Shown: piece after piece, positions 30,359 through 40,332 of the stretch
Position numbering within the stretch: the stretch's first letter is position 1
Layout of the letters: each line of letters starts with the position of its first letter
Source: Bryobacterales bacterium
GTDB taxonomy: Bacteria > Acidobacteriota > Terriglobia > Bryobacterales > UBA6623
Length of the DNA: 64,000 bases
Reading direction: 5' to 3'
NCBI GenBank assembly: GCA_963422375.2
Contig: OY729428.2
Coordinates: 2,144,001 to 2,208,000 of the forward strand
Made by a program: the position numbers and the translations under genes
The notes under the pieces: model-generated
What the model saw: the letters and a program-made list of their open reading frames with translations, nothing else
What the model was told of the DNA's origin: nothing
The model's database searches: none

Positions 30359-31303
30359 ATGATCAAGCCGACCGCCAAGATCTGGCACAACGGCAACCTA
30401 ATCGCCTGGGACGACGCCAAGGTGCATGTGCTTACGCACGCGCTGCACTATGGCACCAGCGTGTTCGAGGGCATCCGCTGCTACGACACGCGGAAGGGCC
30501 CGCGCATCTTCCGCCTAGCCGAGCACGTGCGCAGGATGTTCGACTCCGCCAAGATCTACCGGATGATCGACTTGGGATTCTCGCGGCACGAGATCGAGCA
30601 GGCCTGCAAGGAGGTCACGGCGGTCAACGGCCTCTCCTCCTGCTATATCCGTCCGATCGCGTTCCGCGGTTTCGGCGATGTCGGCGTGCGTTCGCTCGGC
30701 AATCCGATTGAGATCTACATTGCCTGCTGGGAATGGGGCCGCTACCTCGGGGCGTCCGCGCTGGAGGAAGGCGTGGGGGTGTGTGTCTCCTCGTGGACCA
30801 GAATCGCCCCGAACACCCTCCCCGCGATCGCGAAGGTCGCCGCGAACTACATGAACTCCCAGCTGATCCTGATGGAGGCGAACCTGCACGGCTACACGGA
30901 GGGCATCGCCCTGGACGCCGCCGGGTATGTCTCGGAGGGCAGCGGGGAGAACATCTTCCTAGTGCGGGACGGGATCATTTACACGCCCCCCTTGGGCACG
31001 TCGGTGCTACCGGGGATCACCCGCGATTCCGTCCTCCGCCTCGCCACGGACCTGGGCTACCAGTTGAGGGAGCAGGCCATCCCGCGCGAGTGGCTCTACA
31101 TCGCCGACGAGCTGTTCTTCACCGGCACGGCGGCCGAGGTCACCCCGATCCGCTCGGTCGACAAGATCGAGGTCGGCAGCGGGCGGCGCGGGCCGATCAC
31201 CGAGCACATCCAGTCGGAGTTCCTTGCCATCACCAAGGGCGCGATTGACGACCGCTACGGCTGGCTGAGCCGCGTCGAGGCCCCCGCGTCCGCGGCAGCG
31301 TAG
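30359..31303 (+). CDS. ilvE: Branched-chain amino acid aminotransferase
   Basis: HALHYGTSVFEGIRCY, EGSGENIF, LPGITR, GTAAEVTPI. Confidence 0.95.
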   Translation: MIKPTAKIWHNGNLIAWDDAKVHVLTHALHYGTSVFEGIRCYDTRKGPRIFRLAEHVRRMFDSAKIYRMIDLGFSRHEIEQACKEVTAVNGLSSCYIRPIAFRGFGDVGVRSLGNPIEIYIACWEWGRYLGASALEEGVGVCVSSWTRIAPNTLPAIAKVAANYMNSQLILMEANLHGYTEGIALDAAGYVSEGSGENIFLVRDGIIYTPPLGTSVLPGITRDSVLRLATDLGYQLREQAIPREWLYIADELFFTGTAAEVTPIRSVDKIEVGSGRRGPITEHIQSEFLAITKGAIDDRYGWLSRVEAPASAAA

Positions 31304-31317
31304 ATCGGGCCGGTCGC

Positions 31318-32259
31318 TTGCCTGCCGATTCCAGCCCGGGCGACGGCGCCCGGCACTGGCTGCCAGCCGGGACCGGCCCCGGCCAGATCGAGCCGGCCCG
31401 CATTCCGGCCAGCCCGGTTTGCGATCCGGCAGGCGTAACCGTCGACGCGGCCGGCCGGGTGGTCAGGCCGCCCCGCCCCAGCCGCTTGTGGGTCAACGGC
31501 GCACTGTACGTCGCCACGGTGCTGACCACGAGCTTTCTCGTCTCGCCCGTTTACTCGGCTTGCCTGATGGCGATCCTGACCGCGCACGAGTTCGGACACT
31601 ACCTCGCCGCCCGCCACTACGGTGTCCCAGCCTCGCTGCCGTATTTCCTTCCGGCCCCCTTTTTCTTCGGCACTTTCGGTGCGTTCATCCGGATGTCCCC
31701 TCAGGTGCCGGACCGGCGGGCGCTGTTCGATATCGCTGCCGCCGGCCCGCTCGCAGGCGCCGTGCTGGCGCTGCCGATCACCTTCGTCGGGATCCTGCAG
31801 GGAGAAATCGTGCCGATCGAGGCCGGCCAATCCACGGTCATGCTGGGAGACTCGCTGCTGATGCTCGCATTCGAGCGGGTCGTGTTCGGTCCCAGGCTCG
31901 AAGGGACGACCCTGCTGATCGGCGAGGTCGGATTCGCGGGATGGGTCGGCCTGTTCGTGACCGGCCTCAACCTCCTGCCGATCGGGCAGCTGGACGGCGG
32001 CCACGTGTCGTACGCGGTCTTCCGGGAGCGCAGCGTGATCTTGGCCCGCGTCGTTTTCGGATCGCTGGCCGTGGTCTGCGTGGTCTACGGCCTGCAATTC
32101 CTCCTCATGCTGATCCTGCTGTACTTCATGGGCATCCGGCACCGGCCGACCATGTGCGACTCCCTGCCGCTCGGACCGGCCCGGCGCCGGCTGGCCGCCA
32201 TGCTGGCGGGGATGTTCGTAGTGTGCTTCGTCCCGGTTCCGGTCACGCTGAATCCCTAG
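31318..32259 (+). CDS. Site-2 protease (M50) family membrane metalloprotease
   Basis: HEFGH and NLLPIGQLDGGH. Start uncertain. Confidence 0.88.
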   Translation: MPADSSPGDGARHWLPAGTGPGQIEPARIPASPVCDPAGVTVDAAGRVVRPPRPSRLWVNGALYVATVLTTSFLVSPVYSACLMAILTAHEFGHYLAARHYGVPASLPYFLPAPFFFGTFGAFIRMSPQVPDRRALFDIAAAGPLAGAVLALPITFVGILQGEIVPIEAGQSTVMLGDSLLMLAFERVVFGPRLEGTTLLIGEVGFAGWVGLFVTGLNLLPIGQLDGGHVSYAVFRERSVILARVVFGSLAVVCVVYGLQFLLMLILLYFMGIRHRPTMCDSLPLGPARRRLAAMLAGMFVVCFVPVPVTLNP

Positions 32260-32364
32260 GGCCCGGTGCGCGCTGTCTCTTGGCGCCAGGCGCACCCGCT
32301 CGAGCGGCCCGCTCCGTCAGCGCCGGGCCCGGCAGGATCCGCTCGCGGCCCGATCGCGACGCTT

Positions 32365-33342
32365 TCAATCGAGCGTCAGCACGGCCTTGCCGCACACCTC
32401 GCGATTCGCCAACGCGCGGATGCCCTGCGGCGCGGACTCGAGAGGGAAGGACGCCCCTACGGGCGGGTCGATCCGGCCGTCCTCGAGCAGCTCCATCAGC
32501 CGGCGGTGCAGCGACGCCATGAGGCGCGGGTTCTCGTCGCAGTGGCGGCCCCAGAACACGCCGACCAACGACATGTTCTTGAGCAGCGCCCTGTTGGCGG
32601 CTAGGGAAGGGATTCGGCCGCTGGTGAAGCCGACGACCAGAATCCGGCCTTCGGGAGCGATGACTTTCGTCGACAGGTCGAACACGTCCCCGCCGACCGG
32701 GTCGTAGATCACGTCGGCGCCGAACCGGCCGCAAATCCCCTTCACGGCGTCAACCCAACTCGGATCCCGGTAGCTCAGCACGTGGTCGGCTCCCTGCGCG
32801 GCGCAGAAGTCCAGCTTCGCCTGGCTCCCGGCCGTGGCGATCACCCGAGCCCGCATCGCCTTGCCGAGCTGGATGGCGGCCGTGCCCACGCCGCTCGCGC
32901 CGGCATGGACCAGCAGCCACTCGCCGGCCCGGAGCCCGGCCCTGTGGTCCAGCGCGAACAGTGAAGTCTGGTAAACGACCGGCATGGCCGCGGCCTGTCC
33001 GAACGGCATCGAATCCGGGATCCGGAAGGCGCGCGAGGCCCTCACCGCGGTGTACTCGGCGAAGCCGCTGCCGCGGGGCAGGGCAGTCACGCGGTCCCCC
33101 TCGGCAAGGTGATCCACGCCGGGGCCGACCTGCGCGATCGTTCCCGCGACCTCCGCCCCGATCGTGAACGGGAAGGCCGGCCTCGCTTGGTACTTGCCCT
33201 GGCATTGGAGCAGGTCGAAGAAGTTGAGGCCGCAGGCGCGGTTGCGGACGAGCACCTCGCCCTCCGAAGCGACGGGCGTGGCTACTTCGGCGAGAGTCAT
33301 CTCCTCGGGCTCGCCGTAGTGGGTGACTTGCCAAGCCTTCAT
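32365..33342 (-). CDS. NADPH:quinone oxidoreductase family (MDR)
   Basis: GLNFFD..QGKYQ, HAGASGVG, DPVGG. Confidence 0.9.
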   Translation of the reverse strand: MKAWQVTHYGEPEEMTLAEVATPVASEGEVLVRNRACGLNFFDLLQCQGKYQARPAFPFTIGAEVAGTIAQVGPGVDHLAEGDRVTALPRGSGFAEYTAVRASRAFRIPDSMPFGQAAAMPVVYQTSLFALDHRAGLRAGEWLLVHAGASGVGTAAIQLGKAMRARVIATAGSQAKLDFCAAQGADHVLSYRDPSWVDAVKGICGRFGADVIYDPVGGDVFDLSTKVIAPEGRILVVGFTSGRIPSLAANRALLKNMSLVGVFWGRHCDENPRLMASLHRRLMELLEDGRIDPPVGASFPLESAPQGIRALANREVCGKAVLTLD

Positions 33343-33416
33343 CCATAGCAGGGTACCAGCCTGCCGGGGCAGCTCCCCGGAAGCGCTCGGGTCGGCGCGC
33401 CGGGCCGTCGTCGGCG

Positions 33417-34025
33417 CTACTTGCTCGTGATGATCTCGTCGATCAGGCCATACTCCTTGGCCTGGCTCGACTCCAGGATGAAGTCGCGCTCGACGTCGCC
33501 CTCGATCCTGCTGACCGCCTGGCCGGTGTGGGCGGCGAGCAGGGTGTTCAGATTGCGGCGCAGGCGCAGGATTTCGCGGGCGTGGATGTCGATGTCCGTG
33601 GCCTGGCCGGCGAGGCCTGACATGGACGGCTGGTGCAGCAGGAACCGGGAATTCGGCAGAGCGTAGCGCTTGCCCTTGGCTCCGGCCGCCATGAGCACGG
33701 CCGCCATGGAAGCCGCCTGGCCGATGCAGACGGTCGTAATGTCAGGCTTGACGAACTGCATCGTGTCGTAGATCGCCATCCCGGCGGTGATCGAACCCCC
33801 CGGCGAGTTGATGTAGAGCCAGATGTCGCGCTCGGGATTCTCGGCTTCGAGGAACAGCAGCTGCGCCGTGATCAGGTTCGCGATGGTGTCGTCGATCGGA
33901 TACCCGACGAATATGATGTTGTCGCGCAGCAGGCGCGAGTAGATGTCGTAGGCCCGCTCGCCGCGACTTGTCTGCTCCACGACCATCGGCACGAGGCTGG
34001 CCCGCTGCGAAACTGCGTGCGACAT
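33417..34025 (-). CDS. clpP: ATP-dependent Clp protease proteolytic subunit
   Basis: [30 protein letters not shown]. Confidence 0.96.
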   Translation of the reverse strand: MSHAVSQRASLVPMVVEQTSRGERAYDIYSRLLRDNIIFVGYPIDDTIANLITAQLLFLEAENPERDIWLYINSPGGSITAGMAIYDTMQFVKPDITTVCIGQAASMAAVLMAAGAKGKRYALPNSRFLLHQPSMSGLAGQATDIDIHAREILRLRRNLNTLLAAHTGQAVSRIEGDVERDFILESSQAKEYGLIDEIITSK

Positions 34026-34033
34026 CTTGAATC

Positions 34034-35359
34034 TCACTCCCCGCTGCCGGCATCCGGATTCAGCTCCCGGCCCTCCTCCGGTTCGTCGTCGGAAGCCGCA
34101 TCGAGGTACTCCGCCTCGTCCAGCACGAAGCGAAGTGCCTTCTCGAGGATTCTATGCAACTTGAACTGCTCTAAGAGACCGATATCGCGCGCCTCCACAG
34201 CGGCGCGCTCGGGCGTCATCTGCTGCTCCTGGCCATAGGCTCGCACGAACTGGTCGATCTCCTCGGCGGGCACGGAAATCCCCTCCAGCAGCGCGATGCG
34301 CATCAGGACCAACTCGGCGCGTGTCCGAACCGACTCGCGCTGGATGTACCGATTCTCGAGGTCGTCGGGTATGGGGGCATCTTTGGGCAGGCCCGCTTCC
34401 CGCCGAACCGCCGACCAAGCTTGGTCGACGCGGTCCCGCAGGAAGTGCACGGGCAGGGGCATTGTGTTCGCGCGGGCGAGCAAGCTGTAAACTTGGTTGC
34501 CCAGCAGGCGTTCGACCTGTTCACGCGCCCCGACTTCTACTTCCTTGCGGACGGCCTCCCGCAGTTCCTCCAGCGTGTCGGTGCCGCTGTCGATGTCCTT
34601 CGCCAGTTCGTCGTCAAGGTCGGGCAGCTCGCGCACCTGGAGCGCTGTCACGCGTCCCTCGACCCGCAGCGTCTTGCCGGCCATCTTGCGGTCGCGATGC
34701 CCGGCGGGGAAGGCTACCTCGAATTCCAGCGCGTCGCCGGGCACCGAGCCGCGGAGCGCCTCGGAGAATTCCGGTATGGTCGTCGAGTGGCCGACTCGGA
34801 CCTGCTCCTCCTCCAAGTCAAATGCCTGCTCGCCTGAGAGATCCTGCCCCTTCAGGGACACGAGCGCAATGTCACCGTCCGCAATGGGCCGGGGGTCCAA
34901 GTTCTGGTAGGTCGCGTGCTGCTCGCGGAGCTCCTCCAGCCGGTTCGCGACCATCTCGTCCGTCGCCTCGACCTGCGGGCGCAAGAGCTCGAGACCCCGG
35001 TACTCGCCGATCTCGAATTTCGGGAACACCTCGAACACCCCGGCCGCCTCTAGCGGCTGGCCCTCGCGGTACTTCACGTCCGTGACGACCGGGCCGTAGG
35101 CCACGTGGATGTCACGGTGCGCCGCGGCCTCGCTCAGGCAACGGGGAATAAGTCCGTCCTTGAGTGCCTCGACTAGCTCCCTCTCGAAGCGCCGCACCAG
35201 GACCGACGCCGGCACGCGGCCCCGGCGAAACCCTTGCACGACTGCTTCCTTGCCGGCCACCGCGACGAAGCGCGACCGCACCTTCTTGACCGAGGACCAC
35301 GGAATCTCGATATGCTCCTCGTGAACGCACTCCGGGGGATTGTCGGCAAGCAAGTCCAT
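34034..35359 (-). CDS. tig: Trigger factor
   Basis: GFRRGRVP ribosome-binding loop, FKBP-like middle domain, directly upstream of clpP. Confidence 0.88.
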   Translation of the reverse strand: MDLLADNPPECVHEEHIEIPWSSVKKVRSRFVAVAGKEAVVQGFRRGRVPASVLVRRFERELVEALKDGLIPRCLSEAAAHRDIHVAYGPVVTDVKYREGQPLEAAGVFEVFPKFEIGEYRGLELLRPQVEATDEMVANRLEELREQHATYQNLDPRPIADGDIALVSLKGQDLSGEQAFDLEEEQVRVGHSTTIPEFSEALRGSVPGDALEFEVAFPAGHRDRKMAGKTLRVEGRVTALQVRELPDLDDELAKDIDSGTDTLEELREAVRKEVEVGAREQVERLLGNQVYSLLARANTMPLPVHFLRDRVDQAWSAVRREAGLPKDAPIPDDLENRYIQRESVRTRAELVLMRIALLEGISVPAEEIDQFVRAYGQEQQMTPERAAVEARDIGLLEQFKLHRILEKALRFVLDEAEYLDAASDDEPEEGRELNPDAGSGE

Positions 35360-35454
35360 TTATCCGCACGCGCCCGGATCGCCAACCCGGTACCAGATTC
35401 CGAGTTTATCGCAATTCCCGCGCCCAGTCCGGGCGAGGCAGTAGACTCGTGCCT

Positions 35455-36240
35455 ATGCCCGCCCGTCCCAAGCTGGGCCAGCACTTCCTGTCGGATGCCG
35501 CCGTCCTCGCGCGGATCGCCCGGGCGGCCGCGGCGGCGGGCGACACCGTCGTCGAGATCGGCCCCGGTCGCGGAGCGCTCACGCGGCGGCTGCTCGGCAG
35601 CGCCCGGAAGGTGGTCGCGGTCGAGATCGACCCGGCGCTCGCCACCGACCTGCCGCGCGCGTGCGGCTTCCCGCCCAATCTAGAGGTTGTCGAGGCGGAC
35701 GTGCTGCAGGTAGAGATCGACAGTCTAGTAGGAAATGTCATTTCGAATCAGTGTGTTATCACTGGAAATCTTCCGTACTACATTACTTCGCCGATTCTCC
35801 GCTGGACCTTCGGGTCGAAGCGCTCGCTCCGGTCCGCGACGTACCTCATGCAGGAAGAGGTGGCGGAGCGCGCGGTGGCCCAGCCGGGCCGGAGGCCGTT
35901 CGGGTACCTGAGCTGCCTCTGCAGGCTGCACAGCGAACCGTCGAGGCTGTTGACCGTGCAGCCCGGCGCGTTTTCCCCCCCGCCTAGGGTGCGCTCGGCT
36001 CTGGTGCGGTTCGAGATGCGCTCCGAGTCGCCCCCGGCCGGGCTGCCGGCCTTTCTGGCGGCGTGCTTTCGGAGCCCTCGCAAGACGCTCAGGAACAACC
36101 TCGCCGCCATCTACCCGCCGGGCTTGCTCGAGGCGGACCCCTGCGCGGGGCTCCGGGCGCAGCAGCTGGACGTCGAGCAGCTCGCCGCGCTTTGGGCGCG
36201 CCTCGAACGGGCGCGGACGCCCCCCGCGCAGCGCGCCTAG
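35455..36240 (+). CDS. rsmA: 16S rRNA m6,2A dimethyltransferase
   Basis: LGQHFL, EIGPGRGALT, GNLPYYITSPI, FSPPPRVRS. Confidence 0.93.
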   Translation: MPARPKLGQHFLSDAAVLARIARAAAAAGDTVVEIGPGRGALTRRLLGSARKVVAVEIDPALATDLPRACGFPPNLEVVEADVLQVEIDSLVGNVISNQCVITGNLPYYITSPILRWTFGSKRSLRSATYLMQEEVAERAVAQPGRRPFGYLSCLCRLHSEPSRLLTVQPGAFSPPPRVRSALVRFEMRSESPPAGLPAFLAACFRSPRKTLRNNLAAIYPPGLLEADPCAGLRAQQLDVEQLAALWARLERARTPPAQRA

Positions 36241-36353
36241 CAGGCAAGGCGACCGACCGGACGAGCCGGGGGCGCGCCGCCCGCGTGCGCGCGTCTCGCC
36301 GAGGGCTGACACCGGGCCGACGATGTGCTTGAATGAGTCTGCGGGAGGACGCC

Positions 36354-37142
36354 ATGCGCGAGGGCTTGCTAGTGATCGCGGCGCTGTTAGGCGGGGCGGC
36401 GGGCCTCGCCCCCCTGCGCGCCCAGCTCGTGGACCGGACCAAGGACCGTCTCGCCCCGGACCCGGCCGCGCATGAGCTGAGCTTGGAGAGGCGCGCTGAC
36501 ATCTACATGGCGCGGAAGATGTACCGCGAGGCGGGCGACGCCTACACCGAGGCCATTCGCTACGAGCCCGACTCCGCCAAGCTCATCAACAAGCTCGGAA
36601 TCTCGTTTCACCAGCGCATGCTCCTCGGCCACGCCCGCAGGGAGTACGAGAGGGCCTGGCGGCTCGACAGGAGCTACAGCCAAGCGCTGAACAATCTCGG
36701 AACGGTGCATCACGCTCAAGGCAACTACCGAAGGGCCACCCGGACCTACAAGCGGGCCCTGCAGGTCGCTCCGAACTCGGCATCCATCTACAGCAACTTA
36801 GGCACGTCGTTTTTCGCGCGACGCAGATACAAGGACGCCGCGCGGGCCTATTCGCAGGCCCTCGAGCTCGACCCGGAGGTCTTCGAGACCCGCGGGAACT
36901 TCGGGACGCTCCTGCAGGAGCGCTCCGTAGCCGAGCGCGGCAGGTACTACTACTTCATGGCCCGGGCCTACGCGGGCGTGGAACTCTGGGACCGGGTGAT
37001 CCTGTACCTCCGCAAGGCACTGGAGGAGGGATTCGGCAGCCCCAGGAAGATCGCCAACGACCCGGCCTTCGAGGCGATGCACGAGTTGGGGGGCTTCCGT
37101 CGTCTGGCCTTCGGGGAAACAGTCGCCGCGGCCGCGCCCTGA
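36354..37142 (+). CDS. Secreted TPR protein
   Basis: GGAGG RBS, signal peptide, several TPR repeats (ALNNLG, YSNLG). Confidence 0.85.
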   Translation: MREGLLVIAALLGGAAGLAPLRAQLVDRTKDRLAPDPAAHELSLERRADIYMARKMYREAGDAYTEAIRYEPDSAKLINKLGISFHQRMLLGHARREYERAWRLDRSYSQALNNLGTVHHAQGNYRRATRTYKRALQVAPNSASIYSNLGTSFFARRRYKDAARAYSQALELDPEVFETRGNFGTLLQERSVAERGRYYYFMARAYAGVELWDRVILYLRKALEEGFGSPRKIANDPAFEAMHELGGFRRLAFGETVAAAAP

Positions 37143-37191
37143 AACCGGGGCCGGACTGTCCGTCCGGGCGGCCAGGCCGCCCGCGAGCCGT

Positions 37192-37220
37192 TTGACATGC
37201 ACGACCGCGTTTGGTGCAAT
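37192..37220 (+). promoter_or_regulatory. Sigma70-like promoter upstream of the KamA-family gene
   Basis: TTGACA-17 bp-TGCAAT. Confidence 0.5.
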
Positions 37221-37315
37221 GTGAACTTCCTAGTGCCTCCGTCGCCGCCCGCCGGCTCTAGTGCCGTCCGGCCTCGAATTGCCGCGCCAGGCGCGTTGAT
37301 TGCGAGTGAAGCCGA

Positions 37316-38455
37316 ATGCCGAAGCCGAAATACATCACGTCCGTCGAAAAGGTCGCAGGCCTGACACACCAAGAGAAGGAGGTAGGTGCCAAGGTCAGCG
37401 AGAAGTTCGTGTTCCGCACGAACAGCTACTACCAGAGCCTAATTGACTGGAGCGACCCGGACGATCCGATCCGGCGCCTCGTCATACCGGACGCGAGCGA
37501 ACTCGGCGAATGGGGACGGCTTGACGCCTCCTTCGAGGAGCTCTACACCAAGGTTCCCGGCTTGGAGCACAAGTACACCGACACCGCGCTGCTGCTCTGC
37601 AACGACGTATGCGGCGCCTACTGCCGGTTCTGCTTCCGGAAACGGCTCTTCATGGACGACAACGACGAGGTCGTGCGCGACGTATCAGCTGGCATCGCCT
37701 ACATCCGGGAGCACCAAGAGATCACCAACGTGCTGCTCACCGGGGGCGACCCTCTGATCATGTCCACGTCGAAGCTGGAGCCGATCATCGCCCAGCTGCG
37801 TGCGATCCCGCACGTGAAGATCATCCGGCTCGGCAGCAAGATGCCCGCATTCAATCCGTTCCGAATCATCGAGGATCCCAAGCTCCACGCGATGTTCGAG
37901 CGCTACTCGACGCCCGAGGCGGGGCGGATCTACGTGATGTGCCACTTCAACCATCCGGTCGAACTGACCCCGGTCGCGAGGGAGGGCCTGCAATGCCTGC
38001 AGGACCATTCGGTCATTACGATCAACCAGACGCCCATGATCCATGGAGTCAACGACGATCCGTCGGTGCTGAGCGAGCTCATGAACGAGCTGTCCTACCT
38101 CGGCGTGCCGCCCTACTACGTGTTCCAGTGCCGGCCGACGGAAGGCAACGAGACCTACTCCGTGCCGATCGAGCGGGCGTACGGCATATTCGCGGACGCC
38201 GTCTCCAGAATGTCGGGGCTGGCCAAGCGGGCGCGCTTCTCGATGTCGCACGTGACCGGCAAGATCGAGGTGCTCGGGCTGACCGAGGACCGGATCCTGT
38301 TCAAGTACCACCGCGCGGCGAACCCGCGGCATGTCGGCCGGATCATGATCTTCCGGCGCAACCCAGAGGCGCACTGGTTCGACGACTACATCGAGTCGCG
38401 GGAATTCCTTCCCAGCAGGCTGATCAAGCCCGAGTCGCTCCTCGTTTCCCAGTAG
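37316..38455 (+). CDS. KamA family radical SAM protein (lysine 2,3-aminomutase-like)
   Basis: LEHKY, CGAYCRFCFR, LLTGGDPL, HFNHPVE, PYYVFQC. Confidence 0.9.
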   Translation: MPKPKYITSVEKVAGLTHQEKEVGAKVSEKFVFRTNSYYQSLIDWSDPDDPIRRLVIPDASELGEWGRLDASFEELYTKVPGLEHKYTDTALLLCNDVCGAYCRFCFRKRLFMDDNDEVVRDVSAGIAYIREHQEITNVLLTGGDPLIMSTSKLEPIIAQLRAIPHVKIIRLGSKMPAFNPFRIIEDPKLHAMFERYSTPEAGRIYVMCHFNHPVELTPVAREGLQCLQDHSVITINQTPMIHGVNDDPSVLSELMNELSYLGVPPYYVFQCRPTEGNETYSVPIERAYGIFADAVSRMSGLAKRARFSMSHVTGKIEVLGLTEDRILFKYHRAANPRHVGRIMIFRRNPEAHWFDDYIESREFLPSRLIKPESLLVSQ

Positions 38456-38470
38456 GCCGCTCCGGCTGGC

Positions 38471-38617
38471 ATGGATCCCGCTCAGCGCGAAGACCGATCC
38501 GCGACCGGCGGGCCGTCGCGGCGGTGGAGGCTCGCCTACGTCGCGGTCCTAGCGCATCTCGCGCTGTGGATCGCGATCCTGTGGTTGTTCTCGCGATCGC
38601 TGGGTAGCGTTCCGTGA
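38471..38617 (+). CDS. Small (48 aa) single-TM protein preceding the SSS transporter
   Basis: MDPAQREDRSATGGPSRRWRLAYVAVLAHLALWIAILWLFSRSLGSVP; its stop overlaps the SSS start (GTGA). Below the ORF-track length cutoff. Confidence 0.65.
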   Translation: MDPAQREDRSATGGPSRRWRLAYVAVLAHLALWIAILWLFSRSLGSVP

Positions 38618-40332
38618 GCTGGCTGGACTGGCTCGTTCTCCTGGCGTCGTTCGCGACCGTAGTGGCGTACAGCCTGCGCCGGTCGAGGGGCCCTTGGTCC
38701 CTGCATTCCTACGTTTCGGCCGGGCGCCAGATGCGCTGGTGGGTGATCGGCCTGTCGATCATGGCCACGCAGGCCAGCGCGATCACCTTCATCGGAACCA
38801 CCAGCCAGGGCTACGTGGACGGCTTGCGGTTCGTGCAGTTCTACTTCGGCCTGCCGGTCGCCATGGTGCTGATCGCGGCCGTCGCGGCGCCGGCCTTCCA
38901 CCGGTCCGGCGTGCGGACCGCCTACGAATACCTCGAGGAGCGCTTCGACGCGAAAACGAGGACTCTGGCAAGCTGGGTGTTCCTCGTTCAGAGGGGCCTT
39001 GGCGTGGGCCTAGCCCTTTACGCCCCCGCCGTGGTCCTGTCGGTCATCCTGCAGGTGCCCGAGTGGCCCACCATCGTGGCGACCGTGGGCCTGGTGGCGG
39101 GATACACGGTGCTCGGCGGCATCCGGGCGGTGATGTGGGCGGACGCCCTGCAGATGGGCATCATGTTCGCGGGAGTCGCGATCGCCTTCTGCTGCGCCGC
39201 GCTCGGGCTGCCCGACGGAGTCTCGGTAAGGGACGCCCTGTACCTCGCGGGGACGACCGGCAAGCTCAACGCGATCGAGACGGATCTCGACTGGAACAGC
39301 CGCTACACGCTGTGGTCGGGCCTTGTCGGCGGGGCCTTCCTAGCGCTGGCGTACTTCGGCACGGACCAGTCCCAGGTGCAGCGGTTCCTGACGGCTAAGT
39401 CATTGCGCCACAGCAAGATCAGCCTGCTATTCAACGCCACGGTCAAGGTTCCCCTGCAGTTCTGCATCCTGCTGACCGGCGTGTTGGTGTTCGGCTTCTT
39501 CCTGTTCGAGCCGCCGCCGCTGCTATTCCACCCGGCGGAGCGCGAGCGCCTGGAGCGGAACGAGCCGGCCGAGATGGCCCGTCTCCAGAACAGCTACTCG
39601 CAGGCGCTCGGCGCTCGGCGAAGCGCGGCCGAACGGCTTCTGGAGACCCGCGGCGGGCCGGAGCGGGAGGCGTACCTCGCGTCCGAGCGCCGCGTCGGCG
39701 AGGCGAGACTGGAGGCCGTCGCCCTGGCCGAGAGGGGATCCGGGCCCGGAAGCTACAGCGACGTCAACTACATCTTCCTCACCTTCGTGCTCGGCTACCT
39801 GCCTCCCGGGCTGATTGGGCTGATCATCGCCGGCGTGTTCTCTGCGGCGATGTCCACGGTCTCGTCCGAGCTCAACTCGCTCGCCACGTCCACCGTCGTC
39901 GACCATTACCTGCGCTATGTCCGGCCGGGAGCGGGCGAGCGGGGCACCCGGCGGGCGCTGTACTGGGCGACGCTCGGATGGGCGGCCTACGCGGCCGTCT
40001 TCGCCTCCTTCGGCGGTCGGATGGGCTCGCTGATCGAGGCGGTGAACTTCGTCGGCTCGCTCTTCTACGGTCCGATGCTGGGGGTGTTCGTGCTCGCGTT
40101 CCTGTTCCGGCGGGCCTCGGCCGACGGCGCGTTCTGGGGAATGGCGTTCGGCCTGCTGGCCGTATGGGGAGCGAAGATCGCCCTGCCGGGGATGGCCTTC
40201 CTGTGGCTCAATCCCCTAGGCTGCGCGGCGACGGTGCTTGCGGCCCTGGCCATCTCGCCCGCAGCCGGCGCCGGCACGCCGGGTCGAGCCACGGCCGGGC
40301 AGGGACCTCCCCGTACAATGGGCACGCCATGA
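38614..40332 (+). CDS. Sodium:solute symporter family protein
   Basis: SIMATQASAITF, AYEYLEERF, GGIRAVMWAD, YFGTDQSQVQRFL, AAMSTVSSELNSLA. Confidence 0.93.
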   Translation: MSWLDWLVLLASFATVVAYSLRRSRGPWSLHSYVSAGRQMRWWVIGLSIMATQASAITFIGTTSQGYVDGLRFVQFYFGLPVAMVLIAAVAAPAFHRSGVRTAYEYLEERFDAKTRTLASWVFLVQRGLGVGLALYAPAVVLSVILQVPEWPTIVATVGLVAGYTVLGGIRAVMWADALQMGIMFAGVAIAFCCAALGLPDGVSVRDALYLAGTTGKLNAIETDLDWNSRYTLWSGLVGGAFLALAYFGTDQSQVQRFLTAKSLRHSKISLLFNATVKVPLQFCILLTGVLVFGFFLFEPPPLLFHPAERERLERNEPAEMARLQNSYSQALGARRSAAERLLETRGGPEREAYLASERRVGEARLEAVALAERGSGPGSYSDVNYIFLTFVLGYLPPGLIGLIIAGVFSAAMSTVSSELNSLATSTVVDHYLRYVRPGAGERGTRRALYWATLGWAAYAAVFASFGGRMGSLIEAVNFVGSLFYGPMLGVFVLAFLFRRASADGAFWGMAFGLLAVWGAKIALPGMAFLWLNPLGCAATVLAALAISPAAGAGTPGRATAGQGPPRTMGTP

